Shown here: one piece after another, positions 10,555 to 22,551 of the stretch
Numbering within the stretch: the stretch's first letter is position 1
How the letters are laid out: each line of letters starts with the position of its first letter
NCBI GenBank assembly: GCA_043228905.1
Contig: JBHGNT010000260.1
Coordinates: 1-43,693, forward strand
Direction of reading: 5' to 3'
From: Azolla caroliniana
Lineage: Eukaryota > Plantae > Polypodiophyta
Length of the DNA stretch: 43,693 bases
Notes under the pieces: model-generated
What the model was told of the DNA's origin: nothing
Seen by the model: the letters and a program-made list of their open reading frames with translations, nothing else
The model's database searches: none
Position numbers and translations under genes: made by a program

Positions 10555-12060
10555 TTACATAGCAATCAAATCGTCAATGTCATTTTCTTCATCATCTTGT
10601 ATAGAAGTCTCTTCGACTATACGTGCATTGGCTTCCCCTGTTAGCCGAGCCAACGAAATACCTTCTATAAGCTCATCATCAAGCTCGATTAGCTCCCCCG
10701 GTTCCCCAACCAACGGAGGAATAGGCTCTCGCGAAGCAGGTTGAAACCTTTCAGTATTAGTGAGGTTCTTTGCACCGACCTCCTCGTCCTGGTCTGGGCA
10801 CTCTTACAAAGCCTTAATCCTCATGTTTATAAATATAACCTGCTCCTCGTCCTTCTCCAATGCAACAATGTTTCTAAAGAGCTTCAATGCACATGCGGAC
10901 GTCGTTCCTATGAAGAAAGTAACAAGAAGAATTAGTTCTCAAACAAAAAAGATTCAGTATTGGTTATCTCAAGATCGTTACCCTAGTTCGAGGAATACCT
11001 GTGCTAGAAAAGAGGTCTAATATCCAGTCTCCTTCGACAGAAAACATCTCGATCAAGTGCATCATAAGTCGTTGAGGTTTTTGGTATGGGTTGACAAGTC
11101 CCCATTTTGTCGCGGTGACATGTCGCAATTTCCGTGTCACTGTTGGATATACCAGTAGATTTGAACCTCCCACTTCATTAGAATGCTCCTTGATTCTTTG
11201 TTTCTTAATTTCATCGAAGTAGCCAACCGTGATGTATTCAATGGCATTAATGAACCGAAAGGTTGGCCCTTTATTTACATTGGTTTTTATCCTATAACAA
11301 ATATTACATCGAGTTAAGAATAGATTGAACAATCTTAAGAAAGGCAATATAGTGAATGAGACATATAAATAATCCTTACCACGCAAGGTTCTTGATGCCA
11401 TGGCAACGAGATCTCAAACCTTGAGCTACCAAGTACCCTTGGTCCATACTATGAAAGACAACTATTCTCCACAAGGATGCAGTCGTTAGCTCAACAAAAT
11501 CCTTGACCATCTTCTCCAACTGTTTAAACCTAAACGGTTCATCATCGTATGATGACCCTACCATTTGAAATCCGTAAGGAATATCAGCAATCATTAGTGT
11601 ATATTCCTTCTTTGGCACTTTTTGGATCATGTCAACGACATCGTCGCAAACCACATTGTAGTAAAGATCTCTCGTAATATCTTTTTTGTGGCTAAATTTT
11701 TTGAAGGAGCCATCTTCCTCCATTTCGTATGCCTTGACTAAGCAACGATCCTTTTCTTTTCTGGCTCTCTCGAGATGTGCAAGGAAGGATGTCGCGAAAT
11801 CGTGTATATCCTTAACTTCTCCTTATTTCTTGCCACGACACGGTTTCTAATAGAAGCAATAGGATATCAGGTATTATTATACAAGCTCTACATATAATGA
11901 AAGCTTAATGAAAAACCACCAATACTAACCCAATCCTTGAATGTAATAAAATAATCCGATAACGCCTTATATGAAGACGTTAGAGGATAATCCTCGGTCA
12001 CTTGTTCCCAATTTATACATCCAAGTTGTTTCATCATAAAACACGTTCGCGTTCACAAGT
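10555..12060 (-). pseudogene. Spliced beta-class N4-cytosine/N6-adenine DNA methyltransferase (C-terminal part of a larger gene)
   Basis: Exons ~12060-11930, 11846-11380, 11291-10999 and 10907-10555 are joined in frame by GT-AG introns. They give LMIADIPYG (DPPY-like motif IV), W-I-K, QKPQRLMMHLIEMFS-VEGDWILDLFSSTG|TTSACALKLFRNIVALEKD (motif I). Nonsense codons occur at 12053-12055, 11823-11825 and 10804-10806. Confidence 0.88.
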
Positions 12061-12397
12061 GGAAGGATCGCGCATAAATGGAAGGATAAGGGAAATTTTA
12101 GGGGTTTTTCAATGATTTTACAAAACACATTGATACCAGTATCATACATGTTCAAACATACTATGAAAAAGGTTAAAAATCCACTATTTTCGTGATTTAG
12201 AAGTAACTAAAAAAAGACGAATTTCAGAAAGATACATTCTCAATTTATATCACAAACTTTACAACCAATGTTATTGTATAAGAAACGATTTTTTAGAAAT
12301 CATAAGAATTCAAAACACATGATTTTATATTACTCGATTTGTTATAAGCTAGATGTAGTTACACTTAATAGCCAAATATACATTCATGATCACTCCT

Positions 12398-15178
12398 TTA
12401 CGGAGAATCACTACTATAACTAATATACAATGACGATTCCTCCTCATCATCCTCGGATGTACCAATCAGTGCATTATCTTCGTCATAAACCAAATGGTTT
12501 GACTCTAGATTATATGTAGCAGATCTCGTTTGCCTTTGACTCGAGCCACCTTGTAGACCTGGTAATTTTTCTTTTATTATATCTATTGTTGACTTCCTTA
12601 ATCGTCCGGCTTTTGTAAGTGTGAAGTCGTACACGATGATATCCACATCAGAGATATCAAGGGTCGAGGTGTTACGAATGTTTCGCTTCCTCTTCCTACC
12701 TCCCCTTCTTGTTTGGCATTCAATCATCTCCAATGTATACTTACCTGTAAAAGCATTTGCACTTCTAGTGTTGTACCAATGAACATTTATAGACTTGATC
12801 GTGTTTTCTATTTCATGCATTAGCACTTCTAGAATTTTACCAACCCAAAATTGGTGGCCATGTGAGTTCTCATCAGCCGGCGTTGCAATCAACATCCCCG
12901 CGGTGAGCTCTTGCAAATTTCCTTGCCATCTAGCTTCGGCTGCTTTGGTCATCCTTGGTCCCACTTAAATGCCTCTTTGTTGTGGATGGACCAAGCTGTC
13001 ATTAATCGCATTTACTAGTTGCTCCAGACTTCTATTTACGCGATCATGTTGCAGCGACCATGTGAATGTCATTTCCAAATTCCAATTATCAACAGATACA
13101 CAATTGTCTATAATTTCTTTCTGATCACTATAAAATACATCCCACCATGACGTGTCTTGTTGTGCGGCATATTTCTTTGCAGCCTCAATATGCTTTCTTT
13201 TTTCTTCTAAGGCTTGGAGCCATGACCGTTTTTGTTCTGATACCAAGTCGCTCTGCAACTGTCCTTTCTTCTCAATTGGCATTTGCTTAGCTCCATGGAC
13301 AATTGTACTCGGCATACAAAGTAATAACTGGCAACCACCTTCAGGTTCCCATGTTGTAGAAGATGAATATTGTTTAGCATACAAAAGTGTAGAACCACTT
13401 ATTCCATTTTTCTTTATCATAAAAATGTGATTGAAACTTATATTGTTTAACTGAGCAAGCACTTTAACATTCCCACCACCCCCATCTAATATATATCTCT
13501 TAAAGTCATATACCTCCTTCAAGTGTAACACTTTTGGGCGTGGTGTATAAGCATCACAAATGACATCAAATAGTTTAGGTAAAGTGAAAGCATCATGCCG
13601 AGACAACTGTCTGGAGAATGTGCTAAACATCTGATCTATATGGTCATGTGTGTGGCCAACCAAAAGGAAATTGACTTTCACTTTCCTAAACAATTCTAGG
13701 TTGACCAACATACTTAGATAGCCAAATACAGTTGAATTTTTGTTCTCTCTAGCAGTATTGTCCAATTGAATGTATAGAACAGGGGGGAAAGGTTGTCCCC
13801 AAGACATCAAAACTCGGTGAATCACTGTAACTGTTAGGTTAGGGTCATTGTGAACATTGGGGTAAGTAATGAAGACGTGAGGTCGAACAGACCTATTATA
13901 AGCCAAGCATCCCACCAAGTGCATTTGAACAAGGCACTCATCATTGACATCTTTGGGGAGCCTCCGCATATGCGGCAAGCATGTCTTCTTCTGGTCCATG
14001 CCATCTATCATTAAGCACATGTATTGTTCGAGCCTCTTCAAACACTTCTCTCTATGATGCATCGCCTTCCTTCGTTCTAAGGATTGTGCCTCACGATGCT
14101 CTTGTAGTAACTTCTTACTCGTATCCTTTTCCATTGATGTCTTTGCACCTTTAGCCAAACTTTTAAGATTTGCACAAATGGAGCAATACCCCATACGTAC
14201 TTTACGAGGAATAATAACATTTGAAAACCGAGCTTTCCATAATCTTGTGAATTGGCTATAGGTGATAGACTTATTACGTGAGCCCATCATATCAGATCGA
14301 TAGACATCATAAACTTCCCGACGTGTATAATTATCAGAAAGATGCATCCTACCTGTAGTGGGCATTACTTCACAATTTAACTGAAAGTAAGTTTTCATCC
14401 AGCCAATAGCATGTCTTCCAATTGCACCTTTCATACTTGGAACCTCTTTACAATTGAGCATCTGATCCCAGCTAAGTAGACGTTGTTGTACTCTATGTAG
14501 CCGCATGTTACTAACACATAACGCAATTTTGAATGCAACTCTACATATCTGTTGCGCATGGAAGATATAATACTCGAATGATACTTTGATCCCCGTACAT
14601 TTGTCAGATACTAGTTGCATATGTGACCCGTGGTAAGTGTCTTGCTCATCACCGGTCATCGAAAAATAGTATCGCCTTAATTCTCGCAACTTTGATTTTC
14701 CAATCATAGACATACAACCACGGGCACAACATATTTTTTTGACATCAAATCCAATCTGTTTATCTGATGTCACCAAGCTAAATCTAGCCAGACGAATTCT
14801 TCGTGGGATTCTTCTAATATGCATAGGGCTCCCAGATTTCTCTTCCTGCATAGAGGTTGGTGTAACCTTGTGACAGTCTAATTCTCTGTTGTGACCATCG
14901 CCAATGTTATTCAATGTTTCCTGGGCACTTCCTTCATTCTCGGTATCTTTATTAATATCGTATTCTTCAATAGAGAACTCTTCACATGTGTCATTATTTA
15001 CATTCCCTGTAGATGAGCTCAGACAATATTCTTCGATAGAATATGGTGAGTCGGTCGACAGACAATATTCTTCAATCGAATATGGTGACTCTGTTGACAA
15101 ACAATACTCTTCAGTAGAAAACGATGGGTTTGATGACAAACAATATTCTTCAATCGAGAACGGTGAATCTTCACTCAT
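12398..15178 (-). pseudogene. DDD-type (Sola-like) transposase, ~926 codons, with one in-frame stop at 12965-12967
   Basis: Motifs CSIC..H, IDGMDQ, LYIQLDNTARENKN and FLLVGHTHDHIDQMFS. ORF 12398..12964 is in the same frame directly after the stop. The superfamily call rests on motif recall only. Confidence 0.75.
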
Positions 15179-15878
15179 GGCTTAAGGTCTAGATAGGGCT
15201 CTCTAAGTTATGTGCTTAGGGTAAGGAAAAAAACTAATAAGCTCCTCTCTAAACATATACTCCTCTCTAAACATAAACTTCTCTCTAAACAAAAGCCAAA
15301 TCAATAGAATGTCTATATTATGTAATATTCTATTAATACAATGCATCAAAAAATTATTTTTAATAAAGTAATTGTACTTAAAATATCAATTATTATATAA
15401 ACTAGATCTATATGAAGTTAAATCAAGTAAAATATAAAACTAATCATTAACAAGCCATGAATATGTTGGATTAATGTTAAAATCATTGGCTAATTAATGG
15501 CACCCATTTTGATATAGAACGTCTCACTCATTGGTTCTTTAATGCTCACCATTTTAAATATTAGACTTATCAATCATTGGTTAATTCATGCCAACATCTT
15601 TAATACATAGCATTTGAGAGTCATAAAAATTGTTGCTTTTAGTAATCAATCATTGGTACATTCATGAACCTCTATCATTGTCTCCTTCATAACCTTTGAA
15701 GTCATTGTAGGTTGTTATGACTATAAAAGATTGATCAATATGTTAGTTTGACTTTGTAATCATTAATACAATCATAAGTTACTCTAGTTAATGTGACTAT
15801 GGTTACCAACTAACTATCCTCAAAGTTACCAACCTTGGTTAAGGTGACTATGGTTACTTTAACCAATGTGGTCAATCC

Positions 15879-15890
15879 CTATAAATAGGA
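15879..15890 (+). promoter_or_regulatory. TATA box of the ParB-domain gene
   Basis: CCTATAAATAGG lies ~150 nt upstream of ATG 16031 and is followed by a 5' UTR with short (AAAGCACAC)-like repeats. Confidence 0.55.
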
Positions 15891-16030
15891 AGACCTCGTC
15901 ATATTTCACTCACAAGAGCGTACAGAGCATACAGAGCACATAGAACGTAGAGAGCACACAAAGCACACAAAGCACACAAAGCACAAAGCACGAAAGCGCA
16001 ATCTCCGCCTCCACTTCCACACGATCAACC

Positions 16031-18600
16031 ATGTCTTCAAAGAGAATCGAGCGCGAGGACTCCAGGTAGGCCTCTGACACTGTGGACATTTTTGTAAATA
16101 TGTTTCGTTTCTCAAGAACTCGATACGCCGTATCGAGTTCATGTATACAATACAAACTTTATAGATGAACTCGATACGACGTATCGAGTTCATAATTTGT
16201 TTTTGCTTTTTAAACACGAACTCGATACGGCGTATCGAGTTCTTGTTTAATATCGAGTTCCTGTTTAATGTTTAGGTTTTAAACAGGAACTCGATACGCC
16301 GTATCGAGTTCCTGTTTAAAGTATGGATTTTAAACAGGAACTCGATACGCCATATCAAGTTCGTGTTTAAAACCCAAACTTTAAACACGAACTCGGTATG
16401 GTGTATCGAGTTCGTGTTTAAAATCCATACTTTAAACACGAACTCGATACGCCGTATCGAGTTCCCGTTTAAAAAGCAAAGAAAGAAGAGGAACTCGATA
16501 CGCCGTACCGAGTTTGTGTTTAAAGTTTAGGTTTTAAACCCGAACTCGATACGCCGTATCGAGTTCCCGTTTAAAAAGCAAAGAAAGCAGAGGAACTCGA
16601 TACGGCGTAACGAGTTCCCGTTTAAAGTTTAGGATTTAAACAGGAACTCGATACGCCGTATCGAGTTCCTGTATAAAAGAAGGCTCTGAGAGAGAAAAAT
16701 TGTGTTTTTGGGGTAACAAATAATTATGGGGTGGAAAAGATATCAAATTGTCTGGCAAAATCAGTCTTTTTTATGTTGACTTTCCTTACTTTTAAAAAAA
16801 AACATGCTCTAATTATAGGTGTTTTATGACCTACTTTAGCTTAAAATAGTAGAAAATGATCCACAAATTGCCTTTACGATAGCAAATTCTCCTCAATATA
16901 GGTTTGGAATCTATATAAGTCATACCTACTATTTAAAAGAATATATAACCCTGTTTACTTATTACGATATATATTTTCTAGGTTGAATAGCCCTGCCTAT
17001 AATAGATTTTTGAATATAGGACTGCTAGTGGGAACTGTTCTTCATGTTAATATACAACCTTAATCTACGTGACTACCTAACTTATGTTTTTGCATATACT
17101 TTCTTAAATAGGTCGTTTGAGAACCTGTCGGACCGACCCGTGAAGAAAATAAAGCTTCGCATACAAGGTTCTCCAATCGAAGCCCAAACCAAGGTAGCTC
17201 CTGAGACCATGAAGAGAGGAAAAAAGCTTCCCTTTAACGAAGAGACAAAATCTCAGCCACATAGTGATGTTAGCCAAAAGAAACTTGTCGCCGCTACTGG
17301 AGGTGAAGACCTTCCTGACCGAGATCTAACGGACAAGGAATGGTGTATGCAATATGTCGACTCAAAGAAAAAAGTCGTATTGTATACAGCAAAGAAGAAG
17401 GGTGAGGGGCAGCTTGGAAAGGAAACCCTATTTATGTATGGCCGTATTCTACGATTTGACTACGAAGATGTAGATTCGGCCAACATACTGGTAATGATAG
17501 AGTGCTCCAAGGGGGTACGTAAAGTGTTCCTTTCAGAAGACCTTTTAGTAAAGGAATCTTGTGGGCCAGAAGCGTTCAAAAAAGCACTTGATAGCTCACA
17601 AAACCTTATTGTTACCTTGAGGCCTTATATACAAGGCCATGTAACTCTAAGAGATGAAGTGCCCTCCCCATTGAAGGCTACAAAAAGGGTATCCAAAGTC
17701 CAGTCAAGACCACCAAAGAAGAAGACAACCAAAATGTCGGATACGGATTCAACAAGTGAAAACGAAGAGGAGGATAATAAGGGGACGCCAGGAGCTGAGC
17801 TGGCCTCGGGTGTTTTGTCATCCGAGCAGAATAAGATAAGGAGAGAGTTAATGCAACGGAAACTGGTCAGGAAAGGGCAAGTGTTTAATTTGCCTATAAC
17901 ACACATCCATCGGCCCCCTATTGATGAAAAAACAGGTCGACGACCACTTGAGATTAGAGAGCCACACCGCATGCATGTTCAAAATCTCAAGAAAAAAATG
18001 AAAATTAATCCTCATGCCACTGTGGTGCCCTTTATTGTTATGGTAGATCCTGAAGAATGTGAAACCATTGAAGATTTTGATATTAGAAAGCATGATCAAT
18101 ATAATTATTTTGTCATTGGTGGATCGCATTCAGCAGAGGCACGTCGGCAACTTGTGAGAGAACATCCAACAACTTTCTTCTTCAAGTATGCCGAGTGCAA
18201 AATTTATGTTGGGCTCACAACCGAAGAGGCTAAGCTGTTGGCATGGGACCATAATAATGATAATGACTATAGGCAGAAAATGTCGTCCATTGAGCGTATA
18301 CGGTTCTTCCACCACGAGTATTTAGACGTGAAACAAAAGTTTGGTGTGAAGTTACATCCAGGCCTTCGACGTCAATGTCTGCATGAAGTCGGCATTGTGG
18401 TAGATGATAATGTTAGGTCCGATGGTCTTCGAAAGTATGAGTCTTGGTTTCAATTGGCGTTTAGAGATGGAGAAGTATGGGACCTACAAGATCAAATCTT
18501 CTCAATGTGGGAGAATAAGGAGGTAAAGGGTCAACGACAAAAGAAATGTAGGGTTGACCCTCAACTAGAGTTAAAGTCACAGCAGAAAGAGAAGTCCTGA
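16031..18600 (+). CDS. Spliced ParB/Srx-like domain protein, apparently 3'-truncated (exon 1 16031-16065, intron 16066-17111, exon 2 17112-18600)
   Basis: MSSKRIEREDS-R joins SFENLSDRPVKK in frame through a phase-2 GTAGGC..TAG intron with a CTAAC branch site near 17077. ParB-like core: IRE..HVQNLKKKM..VPFIVMVD..YFVIGGSHSAEARRQL. Confidence 0.75.
16116..16668. repeat. Array of 11 palindromes, GAACTCGATACG-N-CGTATCGAGTTC, with 51-bp period
   Basis: Cores start at 16116, 16167, 16218, 16287, 16338, 16389, 16440, 16491, 16542, 16593 and 16644. An extra half-site at ~16251 explains the single 69-bp step. Confidence 0.95.
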
Positions 18601-20600
18601 AATATGCGGACATTCTGGATACGACCCATGAGTTCGGCACACTATTGCAGTTTGGAACGACATACAAACTCATGGAATTCCTGGCGACACAGCAGATCAA
18701 GGTGTCCTAGAGAATGGCTGAGGATCACGTTGAGCAGCAAATGATTGAGCATGCACTGACAAGTACGACGAAAAGTGAAGATGAGGGGCCCCTTGCCAAG
18801 GTTGGCATAGAGCGTACTGCGGGAATGCGTCGTATGGGCATCGAATTACCTCCATTACATACGGCCCTGGTCGAAGTACATAGGGAATTGGCAAGAGTCA
18901 GTTCGGACGACAAGGATATGGCAATTAAAAATAAAAATGTTTGGAAGAAAGTCAGCTACATCGCCTAGAAGCCATGGCTAGGGCACTCTCTACATTGGAA
19001 CCATGGGTCACACCCACATCAAAACCCTTTGACCCCCCACTTCTTTTCGAGAGGCGTGGGTGGAAATAAAATTAGGATTAGTGTAAAGTCACTTCATTTA
19101 TCGAGTATACCACATATTGTACACTACTAGAACTCTTTTAGCTTAAGTTCTATGTTTACTTTATTTTATTTTAGTTATGATGACCGGATAAATACTCATT
19201 TTGTTGTAAACCAATTGTCTCATGGGCCAAATTTGGCCTTAGAAGACGTTAATATATCTTTCTTTCTCTCTCTCTCTCTCTCTCTGGTGAAAACACACAA
19301 TTATATTAATAAATGTGTGTAAAAAACACTACTTACAATAGGTGTGACAATGGAGTATGGTCACCCATTAACTACACTACATGGGTAGTGGAACATGTTG
19401 AATTGCCAATAGGCAAGATGAACACTCCATCGAGGAAAGAATTTCCACTTGCTCCAATAAAGAAAATTGCCACATTAGTACTCCCTTCAATTTTCGTAGA
19501 TATGTTTTCACTCCATGTCTACCGTCGAATACAAAAGTGTTGCACAAATTCCAATTATGACACAATCCCCAATATCTGAGAAATAGAAAAATGATCTCCA
19601 TCTCTAATTTTGGGTCAACCTGTGTAAATTGTGCAAACACCCACTGTCTAGGTGTCAAGGAACACCCTGATAAAACTTGCCAAATTTGAGAAATGTAACT
19701 CCAAATCTAATAAACAATCGGACATTGTATAAATCGATGAGTACTATCTTCCATTTGAATAGTGCAAAAGAAACATACCCGTTGCTAATCCACGACGCTT
19801 TAGAGCCAATCCCAAAGGCAATCCTCCAATCAAAACTCTCCAAATGAAGACCTTTGCTACAAGTGGCAATTTAGAATGCCAACTATGTTGTCAGATCTAC
19901 CACCACCCATGATCATATTTGTGTAATCTGCATTCTTCTTCAGCCTTAGATGATAACCATCCAAGAGACTCAACAGAGGAATGATACAAAAGATTAATAG
20001 TTACTTGTAAGAATCCTTTAAACACCAATCAAGCCACGGTTGTTCTCCTATTTGTAGAGGTAAGGGACCTTGCATCAATGCAATATTTTGTAGTTGTTGC
20101 CAAATAAACCCATAATTAGGTGGAATGCGTAATAATTGTCGCGCTTCAACAAACTCCAAAATTCTTTGAGATGGAGCCTCTACTATATCTCCCACCTCTT
20201 TGACCCCCAAACGAAACAAACAATTAAATTTCAGAGAGCAAACTCTCCGTTCCTGGCCAACATAATAACTGACAAGACACAAGCAACTCTTTTTGCAAAG
20301 AATTACAATGCTCTCTACTGGATGATGGTTTCCATACACATAACAATAATGCTTCTTGCCATTAGGTAACCAAGTGTTGAACACATGTAGAGCCCGGAAT
20401 CCTAAGTGAAATACATCCATTCAGTAATTGCCACCATGAAGCCTTAATCGTTGTCCTCCCATGTGTTAAACCCTTGTTCTCAATGAAATATTGAACAATT
20501 TAGATATCCATGGTTGTGAGTTTGAACACATATCTTGTAATAATGAAAATCTACGAGCCATCATATGCTTAGATAAGTTCAATATTCAAGCCCCCCCAAG

Positions 20601-21044
20601 TGTTACGGGCATGACCATATAGTATTCTATACACGTGGATAAGTGTGAGGGTTAAACGAGAGTGTAAAGAAGGGGAGGATTACTTTTAATCCTCGGGATT
20701 GAGACAACCCATTAGGCCAAGCATGAACTTGCCTGGGGGCCTTGGGTATCGCTATAAATAAGAGGCCTAGCTACCCTCATTTTGGGCATCTTTTGACTAC
20801 ATCGAGACTCTGTTCTTGTGGTGGGTCAACTCTTGTAGCAAGCGCGCCAGCACCAGGTATGACTCGACGCCACGGCGGTGGTATGGGACACCGATCAAGG
20901 CTCGAGTCTGTCTCAATCCCTTCGCTCGGGGGTGGTCAGGTGGATCGACACCCTTCCTTCTCTCTCTCCTTTCTATCTATCTATCTATCTATCTATCTAT
21001 ATTCTATCCTTATCTAATGCTTACATTAGTTCATGTCTTTAACA
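20601..21044 (+). repeat. 5' LTR
   Basis: TGTTA..TAACA; TATAAATA at ~20753; contains a (CTAT)n tract. Confidence 0.92.
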
Positions 21045-21046
21045 AT

Positions 21047-21059
21047 TGGTTTCAGAGCC
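21047..21059 (+). promoter_or_regulatory. tRNA-iMet primer-binding site
   Basis: TGGTTTCAGAGCC has one mismatch to the canonical TGGTATCAGAGCC and lies 2 nt after the LTR. Confidence 0.85.
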
Positions 21060-22551
21060 TATGTTCTAACGTTTCTTTTGTTGTCTTTTGTTTTGTTGAT
21101 TGATGGTGATCGATCTATGTGCGGTCGGCCTTGATCCAGACAACGATCAACAAAGGAACTTCGGTAACTCTTTCCTTATTTTATTTTTTTTCTATTTTTT
21201 CTTCTCCCATCTAATCATGTGTATAGTCTATGTGCAATTATTTCATTAATTCAATGATGTTGTAGTGGTAATTAATTGGTTGTATAAAACGTTTACATAT
21301 GTGTATGAGGTCAATACCTCATTTGACATATATTGAATATGTGATTAGTGTCGTATGCACCCGAGGTTAATACCTCAATTGCGTATTACGCTCACATACA
21401 TATGTTACGTATGCATATGAGGTCAATACCTCGATTTCGTTGTAAATGATATGCGTTTGGTCTCGTATGCGTAAGAGGTCAATACCTCAATTGCGTATTA
21501 CGATGAACCCTTATTTTTGGATGTTTCGTTTGCGTAGAGATATATGCCTCAATTACGTATCTTGATTATATCATTTATGGCTATTTGATGTAACGATGTG
21601 GTCACGTGTATATGTATTTGATCGTATATATGTGATAATATACATATGTGTATATAAGTTATTAAGTGATTTTAATATCGGATGTTTTCCTTTTCGGGAA
21701 AGGATCTTGGTGGCTGTCCTCACATTTTTGTGAGAATGGCGTTGTCACCATCCCTTTTTTCAACAATTTTTTATTGTTGACATTCCCATTAGTGACTTCG
21801 ATTTTATTACGTAAAGAAATGCCTACTACGAAAAGAGGGCTCATTTGGCTTGACCATTAGGTTGCACTTTGGCGTATGCCATCGTAATTACGAAACTTGA
21901 GGTTAGGTAACGTACCAACATATTTTGTAGTAAACGAGTGGGAAATAAGGACTCTTGACATATATGTTTCTTTTAAAAAAACATATATGGACAAATGTCT
22001 CGCATATCTCTTATACGTATGAAGCATTAAACATTCAAGAAGAGCAACCTACTTGGTTGGCTCAAGTGTTTAATGCATTTGTTCTCGAGGTCTCGAGTTC
22101 AAATATGGCCAAGATCATACAACATCTTTGATACATATCACTATAACATATGTTTAGACTTGAGGTCTAAGTGCATTTTGGGGTCCTCATAATAGGACTT
22201 AAAGAGCTGAAACCACATATGTGGGCACAGAAACATAGTTTATTGTTAACATTTTTTTCGTGTATAAACTATTCATGACGTGAACATACATGGTTGAGCC
22301 TCGGGGAGCTGCCATGAACAAATCGATATAGAGATCAGGGAAAGACATTAATTTGTCACCCCCATGTTTTTAAAACACCTTTATGTTACCATAGTAACCT
22401 GATCTTGAACCTCATCTCATACGTCTAGAGGGGTATTGACGTGAGATCATGATATCGATTAATGTTTGCCCATGATATGTTTACATCATGACATGATGTT
22501 ATGACTATTTATCTGACCTTATCCTATTTCTTTGCCAGAAATAAACATTCA

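Noticed and set aside
16116-16668. CRISPR array
   Set aside because: There are no cas genes and the context is a eukaryotic intron. Spacers are AT-rich, re-used and partly inverted copies of one another rather than unique acquired sequences.
17044-17111. ORF-track start of the 518-aa ORF at 17044
   Set aside because: This stretch looks like an intron 3' end (branch site, T-rich tract, TAG). The spliced start at 16031 fits better.
10555-18600. Bacterial or phage contamination, or a restriction-modification system
   Set aside because: The genes have frame-restoring GT-AG introns and a TATA box, are flanked by plant retroelements, and no endonuclease partner is recognisable.
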